Assembly (NCBI GenBank): GCA_965242965.1
Contig: OZ251518.1
Span: forward strand, 2,912,001-2,976,000
Source of the DNA: Candidatus Poribacteria bacterium
GTDB taxonomy: Bacteria > Poribacteria > WGA-4E > WGA-3G
Reading direction: 5' to 3'
DNA length: 64,000 bases
The translations under genes were made by a program, and so were the position numbers. The notes beneath the pieces are model-generated. The model made no database searches, was not told the origin of the DNA, and was given only the letters and a program-made list of their open reading frames with translations. Below, in pieces: positions 27,912 to 37,436 of the stretch. Position 1 is the stretch's first letter. The number at the start of each line of letters is the position of its first letter.

Positions 27912-29939
27912 ATGAAAAAGAAGAAATATCTCAGGAATGCATTGCGAAATACATCGCTCCAAGACAAAATCTTTTTCGCCTACGGTGTCGTCTTCTTCTT
28001 CATGTTCGGAGTCGTTTTCGGTATCACCAATTTCCTCATCGGCCTCGCGTTTGATAGACAGATTGAGGCTTATGTTGAGGAGCTGGAGAGCGAGGTATCC
28101 AATAACTACACGGTGTTGGTTGCCAAAATGCGGAACGAAGTCACCGCGAAGGCAGAGGCACCCGCGCTCCATCGCGCCATCTTGAAAGGGCAATCCGACG
28201 GTATCCGCGCCCTCCGCGATACGGAACTTGACGTTTTGGAATACGGCACAGCGTATGGCACACTGCTCGCCAGCACTTGGATGGAAGACCCGAGGATAGG
28301 AACGAATGTGATGCGGAACAGCGGTGCCGACGGCACGCGTGGGACAAGTATCGCGCTATGGGAAGGCGGAAATGGAGATATTCGGCTGCGGAAAGTTGAA
28401 CAGGACGGCGGCATTGAACCGCGACTCGTCGTGGAAGTCACACAGGTAGGCGACTGGGGATTTTTGACAGGCAGGCGGATTTTGTCAAAATGGCTGGAAA
28501 CCGAAACGGAGATTCGTTCCGATGAGCACGCCATCTTTCTGGTGCAGGAAAACCATGCACCTATCAGCGAGGTAGAACCGCTACGGCGGGATGCACCGTT
28601 GCGAACGACAGCGCACTGGATTCCGCTCAACAACGCCTCACGCCACGCGCTTGCCCTGCGCGAAGAATGGGCACGTCGCACCGCTGCTCTGCCGCCAGAA
28701 CGCGAACGCACGGGCGCACATCGCAAAGTGGATTTGCAATTGGCGGCGGCAAACACCGAACGCAACTGGACAGGGTTTCGGATAGAGCCGCTCGGTTCCC
28801 TTTTTAGCGATGCCTTGCCTGTCGGTATCGTCGTCGCCTACTCGCATCAACGCCATCGTGAGTGGCAGCAGCAACTCACTATCATCTTGTTGCTGAGCGG
28901 CGCGGGCGGGCTCGGGCTCGTTTATCTTATCAGTTATGTGATGAGCCGTCGGATTACCAGCCCGATTGCAACACTCCGGGCCGGTGTCAGTGAAATCGCC
29001 GCTGGCAATTTAGACCATCGTGTAGGGGTGTCTTCGACTGGCGAGCTTGGACAACTCGCCGAGGGTGTGAACCAGATGGCGCATGACTTGAAACAGAGTT
29101 TGGAAGAACGCATGGCGGCGGAACGCGCCGCAACTTGGCGCGATGTCGCACAGCAAGTCGCGCACGAAGTCAAAAACCCGCTGTTCCCCATTCGGCTCTC
29201 TGTTGAAAACCTGCAGCAGGCGAAAGCCTCGCCGGAGATTTTCGAGAACATCTTTCAGGAATGCACCGATACCATTATTGAGGAAGTAGACAGGATTGGG
29301 CGGCTCATTGATGAATTCCAGCAGTTCGCACGCATGCCTAAACCTAAAAGAGACTGGGTCGATCTCAATGAAATTGTTACCTCCGTGTTGATACTTTACC
29401 AAGGTGGGAGCAGTGGGTTGCTGAAGCAAGGTGGGGGACCGGTTCAAGGGCAACCGCTCCCCGATATGGAAATCTTTGTGGGGGGCACCGTTGCCCCAGG
29501 AAACCCTATTGAACGCCTGAAGGAATACGAAAAATTGGCGAATCCGAAGGTGAAAATTGAGACGGAGCTCCAGCCGCTACCCAAACTCTCGCTGGATGCG
29601 GAGCAAATCGCGCAGGTGTTAGGCAATCTTGTCAAAAATGCGATAGAGGCGATGCCAGAGGGTGGTACGCTGCGGGTGCAAACGTCTGTCACTGCCGATG
29701 GAACGGATGCAACACCGCGGAAAGTTGCCCTCGTCGTCAAAGATACCGGCTACGGCATGTCACCCGAAACGCTTGAAAACCTTTTCACGCCCTACTACAC
29801 GACAAAGACAGAGGGCACCGGGCTCGGCATGGCGATTAGCCAACGGATTGTGGCAGACCACGGGGGCGAAATTGACGTAAAAAGCGATGAACGCGTCGGA
29901 ACGACTGTCCGAATTCGGTTTGCGGTTGATTTTTTGTAG
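27912..29939 (+). CDS. Sensor histidine kinase, NtrY-like (2 TM, HAMP, HisKA, HATPase)
   Basis: AHEVKNPL H-box, NLVKNAIEA, DTGYG, FTPYYTTK, GTGLGM; start at ATG 27912 (the longer ORF reads through REPs). Confidence 0.92.
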   Translation: MKKKKYLRNALRNTSLQDKIFFAYGVVFFFMFGVVFGITNFLIGLAFDRQIEAYVEELESEVSNNYTVLVAKMRNEVTAKAEAPALHRAILKGQSDGIRALRDTELDVLEYGTAYGTLLASTWMEDPRIGTNVMRNSGADGTRGTSIALWEGGNGDIRLRKVEQDGGIEPRLVVEVTQVGDWGFLTGRRILSKWLETETEIRSDEHAIFLVQENHAPISEVEPLRRDAPLRTTAHWIPLNNASRHALALREEWARRTAALPPERERTGAHRKVDLQLAAANTERNWTGFRIEPLGSLFSDALPVGIVVAYSHQRHREWQQQLTIILLLSGAGGLGLVYLISYVMSRRITSPIATLRAGVSEIAAGNLDHRVGVSSTGELGQLAEGVNQMAHDLKQSLEERMAAERAATWRDVAQQVAHEVKNPLFPIRLSVENLQQAKASPEIFENIFQECTDTIIEEVDRIGRLIDEFQQFARMPKPKRDWVDLNEIVTSVLILYQGGSSGLLKQGGGPVQGQPLPDMEIFVGGTVAPGNPIERLKEYEKLANPKVKIETELQPLPKLSLDAEQIAQVLGNLVKNAIEAMPEGGTLRVQTSVTADGTDATPRKVALVVKDTGYGMSPETLENLFTPYYTTKTEGTGLGMAISQRIVADHGGEIDVKSDERVGTTVRIRFAVDFL

Positions 29940-30047
29940 TTCGATGTGTAAGCATTGACGTGGCACCCTGCAAGCCTATCTCAGAAACGCAGCATGCAAC
30001 AACGGCGCATGCTGCGCGATGGCGAGAGATATTCATATACCGAAAAA

Positions 30048-31454
30048 ATGGAAACTATCCTTATTGTTGATGACGAACGAAATACGCTGAGAATGCTGTC
30101 GCAAGGATTGCAGTTGCGCGGTTACAACGCGTTAACCGCCGCGAGTGGTGAGACGGCGTTGGCTCAATGCGCCAAAACGAATGTCGATTTGGTGTTGCTG
30201 GATATCCGCATGGAAAACGGCATGGACGGTGTCCAGACGCTCGTCAAGTTGCGTCAGCAACATCCCGAGCTCAACGTGGTGATGATGTCAGCGCAGCGCG
30301 ATATTGAAACGGCTGTGAAGACGATGGAGCTCGGCGCGAAGCGGTATATCACGAAGCCGATTAGCATTGATAAAATCCTTGCGAGTGTTGAACCGTTTCT
30401 GGAGATATCGCGCCTCTCACAAGAAAACGAGGTGCTCAAATCGAAGATTGGCCCCGATGACGAGATGGTGGGGGAGAGTCAGGCGATGGTGAATCTCCGT
30501 TCCCAGATTCGCCGTGTTGCCGCAAGCGAGCCTACCGTGCTGATTACCGGCGAAAACGGGAGCGGTAAACAGCTCGTCGCCGAGGCTATCCACGGGCAGA
30601 GCGCGCGCGCGAAGAAACCGTTCATTCCGCTGAATTGCGCCGCGATGCCCGATGAACTTGTGGAGAATGAACTCTTCGGGCACGAACGCGGCGCGTATAC
30701 CGGCGCGGACGATAGGCGGCCGGGGCGGTTTGAGTTGGCGAACGGAGGCACGCTCTTTCTCGACGAAATCGCCGATATGAGTCTCCGCGCCCAGGCGAAA
30801 GTCCTCCGCGTCCTTGAGTCCGGTGAGGTGGAACGCCTCGGCGGCCATCAGATTCGGAAGGTGGATGTGCGCATCCTCGCCGCCACAAACAAGGACTTGC
30901 CGACAGAAATTGAGAACGCGCTGTTTCGGTTGGATCTCTTCTATCGGCTCAACGTTATCCCGATTGTGGTGCCGCCGCTGCGAGAACGGCGTGAGGACAT
31001 CCCGTTACTGGTGAAATACTTCGCGGCGCGCCTCCAGTTGAACATGGGCACCTCCGCTGCAAAGGTGCTGGATCCAGCGGTTTACGCCGTGCTACAAGAG
31101 TATGACTGGCCCGGCAACATCCGCGAGCTCAAAAACATCGTCGAACGTCTCATGATTATGGTGAACCGCGCCATCGTGCTGCCGGCAGATGTGGAAGAGG
31201 TCCTCGCGCTCACGCCGCAACGCCAGAGCATTCAAGAGACAGCGACAGTTTATGCCGAGCCTTATCAACCGAATACGCCGCTGAGCACGATGGTGGATGC
31301 CGCCGAAGCGGCGTGCATTCAGCAGGCACTGGATGAACACGACTGGAACATCCGAAAGACGGCGGAAGTTCTGGGGGTGGAGCGCAGCAATTTGTATAAG
31401 AAGATGAAGAAATACAACATTGAACGTCCTGACGTTGGCGAGGTGAGTGAATAG
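30048..31454 (+). CDS. Sigma54-dependent Fis-family response regulator, NtrX/NtrC-like
   Basis: IVDD/LLDI receiver domain, GENGSGK, GAYTGA, LFLDEI, WPGNIREL, C-terminal HTH. Confidence 0.93.
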   Translation: METILIVDDERNTLRMLSQGLQLRGYNALTAASGETALAQCAKTNVDLVLLDIRMENGMDGVQTLVKLRQQHPELNVVMMSAQRDIETAVKTMELGAKRYITKPISIDKILASVEPFLEISRLSQENEVLKSKIGPDDEMVGESQAMVNLRSQIRRVAASEPTVLITGENGSGKQLVAEAIHGQSARAKKPFIPLNCAAMPDELVENELFGHERGAYTGADDRRPGRFELANGGTLFLDEIADMSLRAQAKVLRVLESGEVERLGGHQIRKVDVRILAATNKDLPTEIENALFRLDLFYRLNVIPIVVPPLRERREDIPLLVKYFAARLQLNMGTSAAKVLDPAVYAVLQEYDWPGNIRELKNIVERLMIMVNRAIVLPADVEEVLALTPQRQSIQETATVYAEPYQPNTPLSTMVDAAEAACIQQALDEHDWNIRKTAEVLGVERSNLYKKMKKYNIERPDVGEVSE

Positions 31455-31601
31455 TGAGGTTGTTGATGCTCTGTAGTTCAGGAGCACCCGCTCCCGAACG
31501 ATCAAGGCGGAGTGAACAGTGAGGTTGTTGATGCTCTGTAGTTCGGGAGCACCCGCTCCCGAACGATCAAGGCGGTGAGTGAACAGTGAGGTTGTTGATG
31601 C
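31445..31601 (+). repeat. Triplicated 25-bp gene junction interleaved with two REP hairpins
   Basis: GAGTGAAYAGTGAGGTTGTTGATGC at 31445, 31510 and 31577. Confidence 0.9.
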
Positions 31602-32044
31602 GGCAGATTATCGGACGCTTTGCTCCCAGACGAGAAAGTGGGATGACGTGGGTGCAGCTGCTTATCCTGCTTGCGCTGGCTATCGTGATATTCGCGCTCG
31701 CCTTTCCGCCGTGGCGTGAATATCGCAACGTGAGCCAAGCCGATGTAGATGTGGAAACCATCGCTATCGCTATCAAAAAATACTTTCGGCACACACAGCA
31801 GTATCCGAAGAACTTGGAGCAGCTCGTCACAGACCCGGGTGTGGAAGGCTGGCGCGGCACGTATCTGGCATCGGTGCCGAAAACGCCGTGGGGTGGCACC
31901 TACGTGCTGCAGCCAAGTGCCTATAAAGTCGGCATTGCGAGGGGGCATCCGCGTGTGCCATCTAAGTATCAGTTGGGCGGCATCGCGGAAATCAGCCGCG
32001 TTTATCATGTTGACGCGCGCCTCGGCGAGAAACATTGGTGGTAA
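31598..32044 (+). CDS. Type II secretion pseudopilin, GspG-like
   Basis: RRESG|MTWVQLL prepilin site, hydrophobic helix, YP..LEQLV, WRGTYL, KTPWGG.Y. Confidence 0.8.
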   Translation: MRQIIGRFAPRRESGMTWVQLLILLALAIVIFALAFPPWREYRNVSQADVDVETIAIAIKKYFRHTQQYPKNLEQLVTDPGVEGWRGTYLASVPKTPWGGTYVLQPSAYKVGIARGHPRVPSKYQLGGIAEISRVYHVDARLGEKHWW

Positions 32045-32149
32045 TTTTTTGTTGTTCGCAAGGCGTTCGGTAAGGGTTGTCGGTGCAATGGCGTTCTTCT
32101 ACGTAATCCGTCATTGACGTTGTCAATGACTACGTTTCCTGGGCTACCG

Positions 32150-32645
32150 GTAGGAGAGACCTCCTGGTCTCGATGTTCCCGTAGCGCGGGGGCCTGTCCC
32201 TCGCGTTGGCCCTCGCCATGCGTTTGGCTGGCAGACCGCCTCACTCCTGTAGGTCAAGATCGCCTGATCTTGACCCGTTTGTGATCAGGCGATCACAAAC
32301 TACAGAGGGGAGTGGGTCTGGGGTACGCGAGGCACGGCGAGGGACAGGCCCTCGCCCTACGATGAAGGAGGGCGGCCTTGACAACCGTAGCGCGGGGGCC
32401 TGTCCCCCGCGTTGTCCATCGTCAAGCGGCAGCGTTTTAGGTCCTTTAGGTCCTTAATGTCTATAGCAGCACGTGTCGGCCCATGTCAAGGTCCTTTAGG
32501 TCCTTAATAAAAAACGCGCGGCCCTGGCAAAAACTATTAAGGACCTAAAGGACCTTAGGATTCTTCGCGGGCGCGCATGCTATAGACATTAAGGTCCTAC
32601 GGACCTGAAGAGAACAAGAGACGTTTTTTCCGTAGCGCGAACGAT
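32150..32645. repeat. Mosaic REP cluster
   Basis: GTAG palindromes plus AGGTCC/GGACCT and TGCTATAGACAT modules. Confidence 0.8.
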
Positions 32646-32715
32646 TTTGATGAGGGTTTGTTGGTGCGCTGACGTTATACTCATCAAAAATGAACGATGC
32701 ATTGCGAACGCAAAA

Positions 32716-33504
32716 ATGTTTTTTTTGACGATTTTCATATTCGGTTTGGCGATGGGCAGTTTTCTGAATGTGTGTATCTATCGCATGCCGCGCGCCGGGA
32801 TGTCCATTCATACGCCGCGCCGCTCCTTCTGCACAGCCTGTCGCGAACCGATAAAGGCGGTGGATAACATCCCACTGGTGAGTTATCTGCTGTTGCGAGG
32901 AAAGTGCCGGCACTGCCACGCGAAAATTTCAGCGATGTATCCCGCTGTGGAACTGACAACGGCGTTGCTATACCTCAGTCTATTTTGGCACTTTGGGTTG
33001 ACGCTCGATTTTGTGCACGCGCTCATCTTCGTCACGCTGCTCATTCCGATTGCGATGATTGACGCGCAGCACTACATTATCCCGAACGGCATCATCGGCA
33101 CTGGGATGGTTTTGGGGATGCTCATCGTCTCGCTCATCGCATATCAACGAGGCGATGTTGGGTATCTGCTGACACGCCTCATCGGTGCTGTCGCTGGCGG
33201 CACCGTGCTGTGGCTGGTTGCAGTTATCGGTGGCGCGATTTTACGGAAAACGGCGATGGGCGGCGGCGATGTGAAGTTGATGGCACTCAACGGCTTGTTC
33301 CTCGGCGCGTGGCCCGAACTGGCGATGGTGCTCGCTTTGTCGGCGATAGGCGGCGCGGTTATCGGGAGTCTGCTGGTGCTTGCTGGACGCAAGAGTCGGC
33401 AGAGCCCAATTCCTTATGGGCCGTTTCTCGCCGCCGCCGCGGTTATTGTGCTGCTCTGGGGCGATTTGCTCTGGCGGAAATATTTGCAGTTAGTCGGTTT
33501 TTAG
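32716..33504 (+). CDS. pilD: Prepilin peptidase (A24)
   Basis: GSFLNVCIYR, CxxC...CxxC, MGGGDVKL, IPYGPFL. Confidence 0.93.
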   Translation: MFFLTIFIFGLAMGSFLNVCIYRMPRAGMSIHTPRRSFCTACREPIKAVDNIPLVSYLLLRGKCRHCHAKISAMYPAVELTTALLYLSLFWHFGLTLDFVHALIFVTLLIPIAMIDAQHYIIPNGIIGTGMVLGMLIVSLIAYQRGDVGYLLTRLIGAVAGGTVLWLVAVIGGAILRKTAMGGGDVKLMALNGLFLGAWPELAMVLALSAIGGAVIGSLLVLAGRKSRQSPIPYGPFLAAAAVIVLLWGDLLWRKYLQLVGF

Positions 33505-33552
33505 ACTTACGCAATTTCATTGAGTATACAAAAATACGGAGGGTTTTTTATC

Positions 33553-34122
33553 ATGGACGTTAAAGACGCGATTCTTTCACGCCGCACGATTTTTAAGTTC
33601 AAACCGGAACCGGTGCCGAACGATGTCATTGAGCAGGTTTGCAGCTACGGCATCTGGGCACCGAACCATCACGTCACCGAACCGTGGCGGTTTACCGTCA
33701 TCGGCGCGGAGACGAAGGAGATTCTCGCCGAACGCTATCGCGAGATTAAAATCGAGGACACGCCAGAACACGTCGATGCCGAGAACCTCGCGAAGATAGG
33801 CGAATTGGCTTACGAGAAGTTCATGTCTAAGCCAACTATCATCGTCGTTTCGTGCCTGCAGGAAGGGGACGAACAGCGGCAACGCGAAGATTACGCCGCC
33901 GCTTGCTGCGCCATGCAGAATGTCCAACTCGCCGCCTGGGACGCGGGTGTCGGCATGCAGTGGAGCACCGGCAGAATCACGCTGGAGGAGCAGACTTACC
34001 GGCTGCTCGGTATTGATGCCGCGCAGGAATACATCATCGGGTTCTTCTATACCGGTTACCCTGCCGAGATTAAGGATCCGAAACGGCAACCTGCAGGGGA
34101 ATTTATGCGTTGGGTGGCCTGA
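33553..34122 (+). CDS. Nitroreductase family protein
   Basis: SRRTI, WAPNHH..PWRF, QNVQLAA, WSTG, GYPA. Confidence 0.9.
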   Translation: MDVKDAILSRRTIFKFKPEPVPNDVIEQVCSYGIWAPNHHVTEPWRFTVIGAETKEILAERYREIKIEDTPEHVDAENLAKIGELAYEKFMSKPTIIVVSCLQEGDEQRQREDYAAACCAMQNVQLAAWDAGVGMQWSTGRITLEEQTYRLLGIDAAQEYIIGFFYTGYPAEIKDPKRQPAGEFMRWVA

Positions 34123-34165
34123 ATTCCTATGCGATAGGCGCGGTTTCAAACCGCGCCTACGGAGT

Positions 34166-35014
34166 TCATTCCGATAGTCCATACGCTGTCTTCGCGTTTT
34201 GTGCGAAAAACTTCGCCGTGATGGACTCCCCCGCCTGCGCCGCCTTTTCGCTGAAATAGGCGTTCACAATCTGTTGCACCGTCGCATAAGAGGCGAAACG
34301 TTCAGAAACGGGCCAGTTACTGCCGTAGATGAGCCTGTCTTCGCCGAATGCATCCCACAAAACGTCGATTGTCGGCGCGTAATAGCCCGGGTCTGACGGC
34401 GCGGGAATTTGCCCTGTATGCTCAGCTAAGCCGGAGACTTTGCAGTAGATATTCGGATAGCGCGCCACTTCGTTGATGGCATCTACCCACGCCGCATCTG
34501 GCGGATTGCCATCAACCCGCACGCCGGCGATGTGGTTAATCACCACCCGCATCGCCGGCGTATGCTCAACCAAAGCCGGTATCGCTGACAGCAACTCCGG
34601 TCCGATTAGTAAATCGAGGGAGAGGTTTTTCTCCGCCAGTTTCTCAAGGTTGCCCAGGACTGTTTTGTCTCCGATGGCTCGGAGATGCCCGCTGCCGATG
34701 CGTATGCCGCGAAAAAGCGGATTCGCCGAGAACCGTTCCAAATCGCGAGCAAAATTAGCATCGTCAGGCTCAAGATGGCCGACGAACCCGACGATGAAAG
34801 GTTCTTCCGCCGCCAAATCGAGAATCCACTGGTTATCTTCAACCCATTTGCTTGCTTCAACGACGACGGTGCCGGTCACGCCTTCTGGCACGGCGAGTGC
34901 TTTGTAGTCGTCGGGCATCACTGTGCGATAAAGGACTTCGTCGTTTGGATTCGGCCACGGCACACCCTCTGGCCGGGAGGGATTGTAGAAATGCGTATGT
35001 GTATCAATAATCAT
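34166..35014 (-). CDS. Amidohydrolase_2 family protein (sugar lactonase-like)
   Basis: IIDTHTHF, VINH, CKVSG, FGEDRLIYGSNWP. Confidence 0.9.
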   Translation of the reverse strand: MIIDTHTHFYNPSRPEGVPWPNPNDEVLYRTVMPDDYKALAVPEGVTGTVVVEASKWVEDNQWILDLAAEEPFIVGFVGHLEPDDANFARDLERFSANPLFRGIRIGSGHLRAIGDKTVLGNLEKLAEKNLSLDLLIGPELLSAIPALVEHTPAMRVVINHIAGVRVDGNPPDAAWVDAINEVARYPNIYCKVSGLAEHTGQIPAPSDPGYYAPTIDVLWDAFGEDRLIYGSNWPVSERFASYATVQQIVNAYFSEKAAQAGESITAKFFAQNAKTAYGLSE

Positions 35015-35062
35015 ATTTTTCTTGCCTTCAAAGGACTAGGTAGGAGAGACCTCCTGGTCTCA

Positions 35063-35926
35063 ATGTGGTTCGCGTATTTGCGCGAGACAACTCTTCGCGT
35101 TCTAGGTAGGAGAGCCCTCCCGGTCTCGATGTGGTTCGTATGTTTACTTCTCCTCGCGGCGTGCAATGCGCAGGATAGCGCGCAACAGCGGCGGCGAGAG
35201 TTGCAACGCGATGCCATTCAACTCCGAATGGGCCGCCAGCTCAACCCTACCGATGCGGAGGGACATATTCAGTTAGGACAGGTTTACCATCAACTCGGTG
35301 AATACGAAAACGCGCTGAACGCCTTTCAATCTGCCCTCGCGCTGGATGAACAGCACCCGCACGCCTATAACAACATGGGGCTCGTCTATCTCGATCTACG
35401 GTTCTATTCAGAGGCCATCTCTATGTTCCAAGCCGCGCTTGAAATTGCGCCGTGGAACGCCGCCTTCCTCAACAATTTGGGTTACGCGTATGACAGCGCG
35501 GACAGGTTTGAAGAAGCATTGGACGCGTATCACCGTGCGCTTGAGGCGGACGCTACTTTTGTCGATGCCCATTCCAATCTCGGCGATGCGTATCTGAATC
35601 GCGAGATGTATGCGGAGGCGATTCAGTCTTATGAGCAGGCAGTCGCGCTTGATGCAACCGATGCCACTGTCTATTTTAACCTCGGTTTCGCCTATGAGGA
35701 GAGCGGCGAATTTGCGCGCGCCATCCGGGCTTACGAGAAGGGGCTTTCCCTTGACGAGACAGAGGTAGAGGCTTACTATCGCCTTGCGCATACCTATCAG
35801 AAAAATGGTGATACGCTGATGATGCGCCGCTATTTAGACGATTTCCTGGCACGCGCCGAGGGCATCTCGCATCTTGAAGCGCAATTCAGGGCGGCACAGC
35901 AGATGAAAACCGTCGGTGACCGGTAG
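35063..35926 (+). CDS. TPR-repeat lipoprotein (start at 35063 or 35129)
   Basis: LLAAC lipobox; several canonical TPRs (AYNNMG, NNLG, SNLG, FNLG). Confidence 0.85.
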   Translation: MWFAYLRETTLRVLGRRALPVSMWFVCLLLLAACNAQDSAQQRRRELQRDAIQLRMGRQLNPTDAEGHIQLGQVYHQLGEYENALNAFQSALALDEQHPHAYNNMGLVYLDLRFYSEAISMFQAALEIAPWNAAFLNNLGYAYDSADRFEEALDAYHRALEADATFVDAHSNLGDAYLNREMYAEAIQSYEQAVALDATDATVYFNLGFAYEESGEFARAIRAYEKGLSLDETEVEAYYRLAHTYQKNGDTLMMRRYLDDFLARAEGISHLEAQFRAAQQMKTVGDR

Positions 35927-36223
35927 GCCGAGGTAAGCGCGGAGATGAACGTAGGGCGAGGGCCTGTCCCTCGCCAGCGTCCGCACGCCAGGCACTGTAG
36001 GTCAGGATCGCCTGATCCTGACCCGTTTGTGATCAGGCGATCACAAACTACAGAATGGGAAACACACCTCGTGACGATGGACGATCGCGGGGGACAGGCC
36101 CCCGCGCTACGGTAACGGGGGGGGTTCTTCACGCTCGCGGGGGACAGGCCCCCGCGCTACGGTACTGTGAGGGTTTCTTGGCAGCAGTGCCTGTCCTTCG
36201 CCGTGCCCCGCGCCTTTCACCGA

Positions 36224-37135
36224 TTACGTATATACCCTCGCGTCTGTCAACCCCTGAATCGGACTACTGTCTTCAATCGGGTTATTTTTGATGCTCACAT
36301 TGTTCAATTTTCCCAGATTAGCGAGAGGCGTGATGTCACTGACCTGATTTTTCGCGAGCCACAAGGCTTCAAGTTCAGTCAGGTTAGCGATGCACGTGAT
36401 GTCGGCAATCTGATTCCCGGCAATCCATAACCATCGGAGGTTTGTCAGGTTAGCGATGCACGTGATGTCACGAATTTTATTCTGCGCGACATGCAGTCCA
36501 GCGAGGTCTGTCAGGTTGACAATTGCCGAGATATCGCGAATCTGATTCTTCCCCAGATACAACCATTTGAGTTGCGTCAGATTCACAAGTGAAGAAATGT
36601 CGCCAATCCGATTGCTACCGAGTTCTAACCGTTCAAGGTTGGTTAGGTTCGCCAGTGGCGCGATATCGTCAATCTCATTTTCCGTGAGATATACCCCTTC
36701 AAGTTGCGTCAAATTCGCGAGTGGGGAAAGATCGCGGATGTGGTTCCGCCTGAGCTCCAATGCCGAGAGTTGCGTCAGATTCGCGAGCGGTGCGATGTCG
36801 CAAACCTGGTTCTTCGGGAGCGTTAACGCCGCGAGGTTCGTCAGGTTAGCGAGGGGTGTGATGTCACCGATGTGATTTCGCCCGAGGTCTAACTCCGCGA
36901 GTTGTGTTAACTTGGCGAGGGGTGCGATATCGCAAATCTGATTTTCCGAGAGGTATAACTCCGTCATATTCGTGGCGTGTTCCAGCCCTGTTAGGTCGAC
37001 TATCTCCTGTCCTTGGGCAACCAAGTAGGTGATTTGTTGCATCGTCTCCTGTGTGAGCGGCGTGCTTGGAGTTATGCGGAGTCTTTCGCGGATAGCATGC
37101 TCTAAGTGGGCATCCGGGATGGCTATAGGTTTCAT
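36224..37135 (-). CDS. Internalin-like leucine-rich repeat protein
   Basis: IPDAHLEHAIR cap plus about ten 22-aa LxxLxLxxNxIxDIxPLANL repeats. Confidence 0.93.
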   Translation of the reverse strand: MKPIAIPDAHLEHAIRERLRITPSTPLTQETMQQITYLVAQGQEIVDLTGLEHATNMTELYLSENQICDIAPLAKLTQLAELDLGRNHIGDITPLANLTNLAALTLPKNQVCDIAPLANLTQLSALELRRNHIRDLSPLANLTQLEGVYLTENEIDDIAPLANLTNLERLELGSNRIGDISSLVNLTQLKWLYLGKNQIRDISAIVNLTDLAGLHVAQNKIRDITCIANLTNLRWLWIAGNQIADITCIANLTELEALWLAKNQVSDITPLANLGKLNNVSIKNNPIEDSSPIQGLTDARVYT

Positions 37136-37436
37136 TTTTATCGCCTCAGTTGAAAAATTAACGTTGTTGTCCCGCGCGGTGTCGGGATGGGAAAGTCTAA
37201 CCTATAATACGTATCCAAGCGCGTTTTCGTTTCATTATTTGGCGAACCGTAGGAGAGACCTCCTGGTCTCGATTCCTCGCGAACGTCCGATGGCGCGCCG
37301 TAGGAGAGTCAGACCGCCTCACCTCTGTAGGTCAAGATCGACCAATCCTGACCCGTTCGGGATCAGGCGATCCCGAACTACAGAGGTGGGCCCAATGCCT
37401 TATCGAGACCAGGAGGGCTCTCCTACCGGTCCCAAA

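Noticed and set aside
30048-31454. GAYTGA instead of GAFTGA as a sign of sigma54 independence
   Set aside because: Tyr at this position occurs in functional enhancer-binding proteins.
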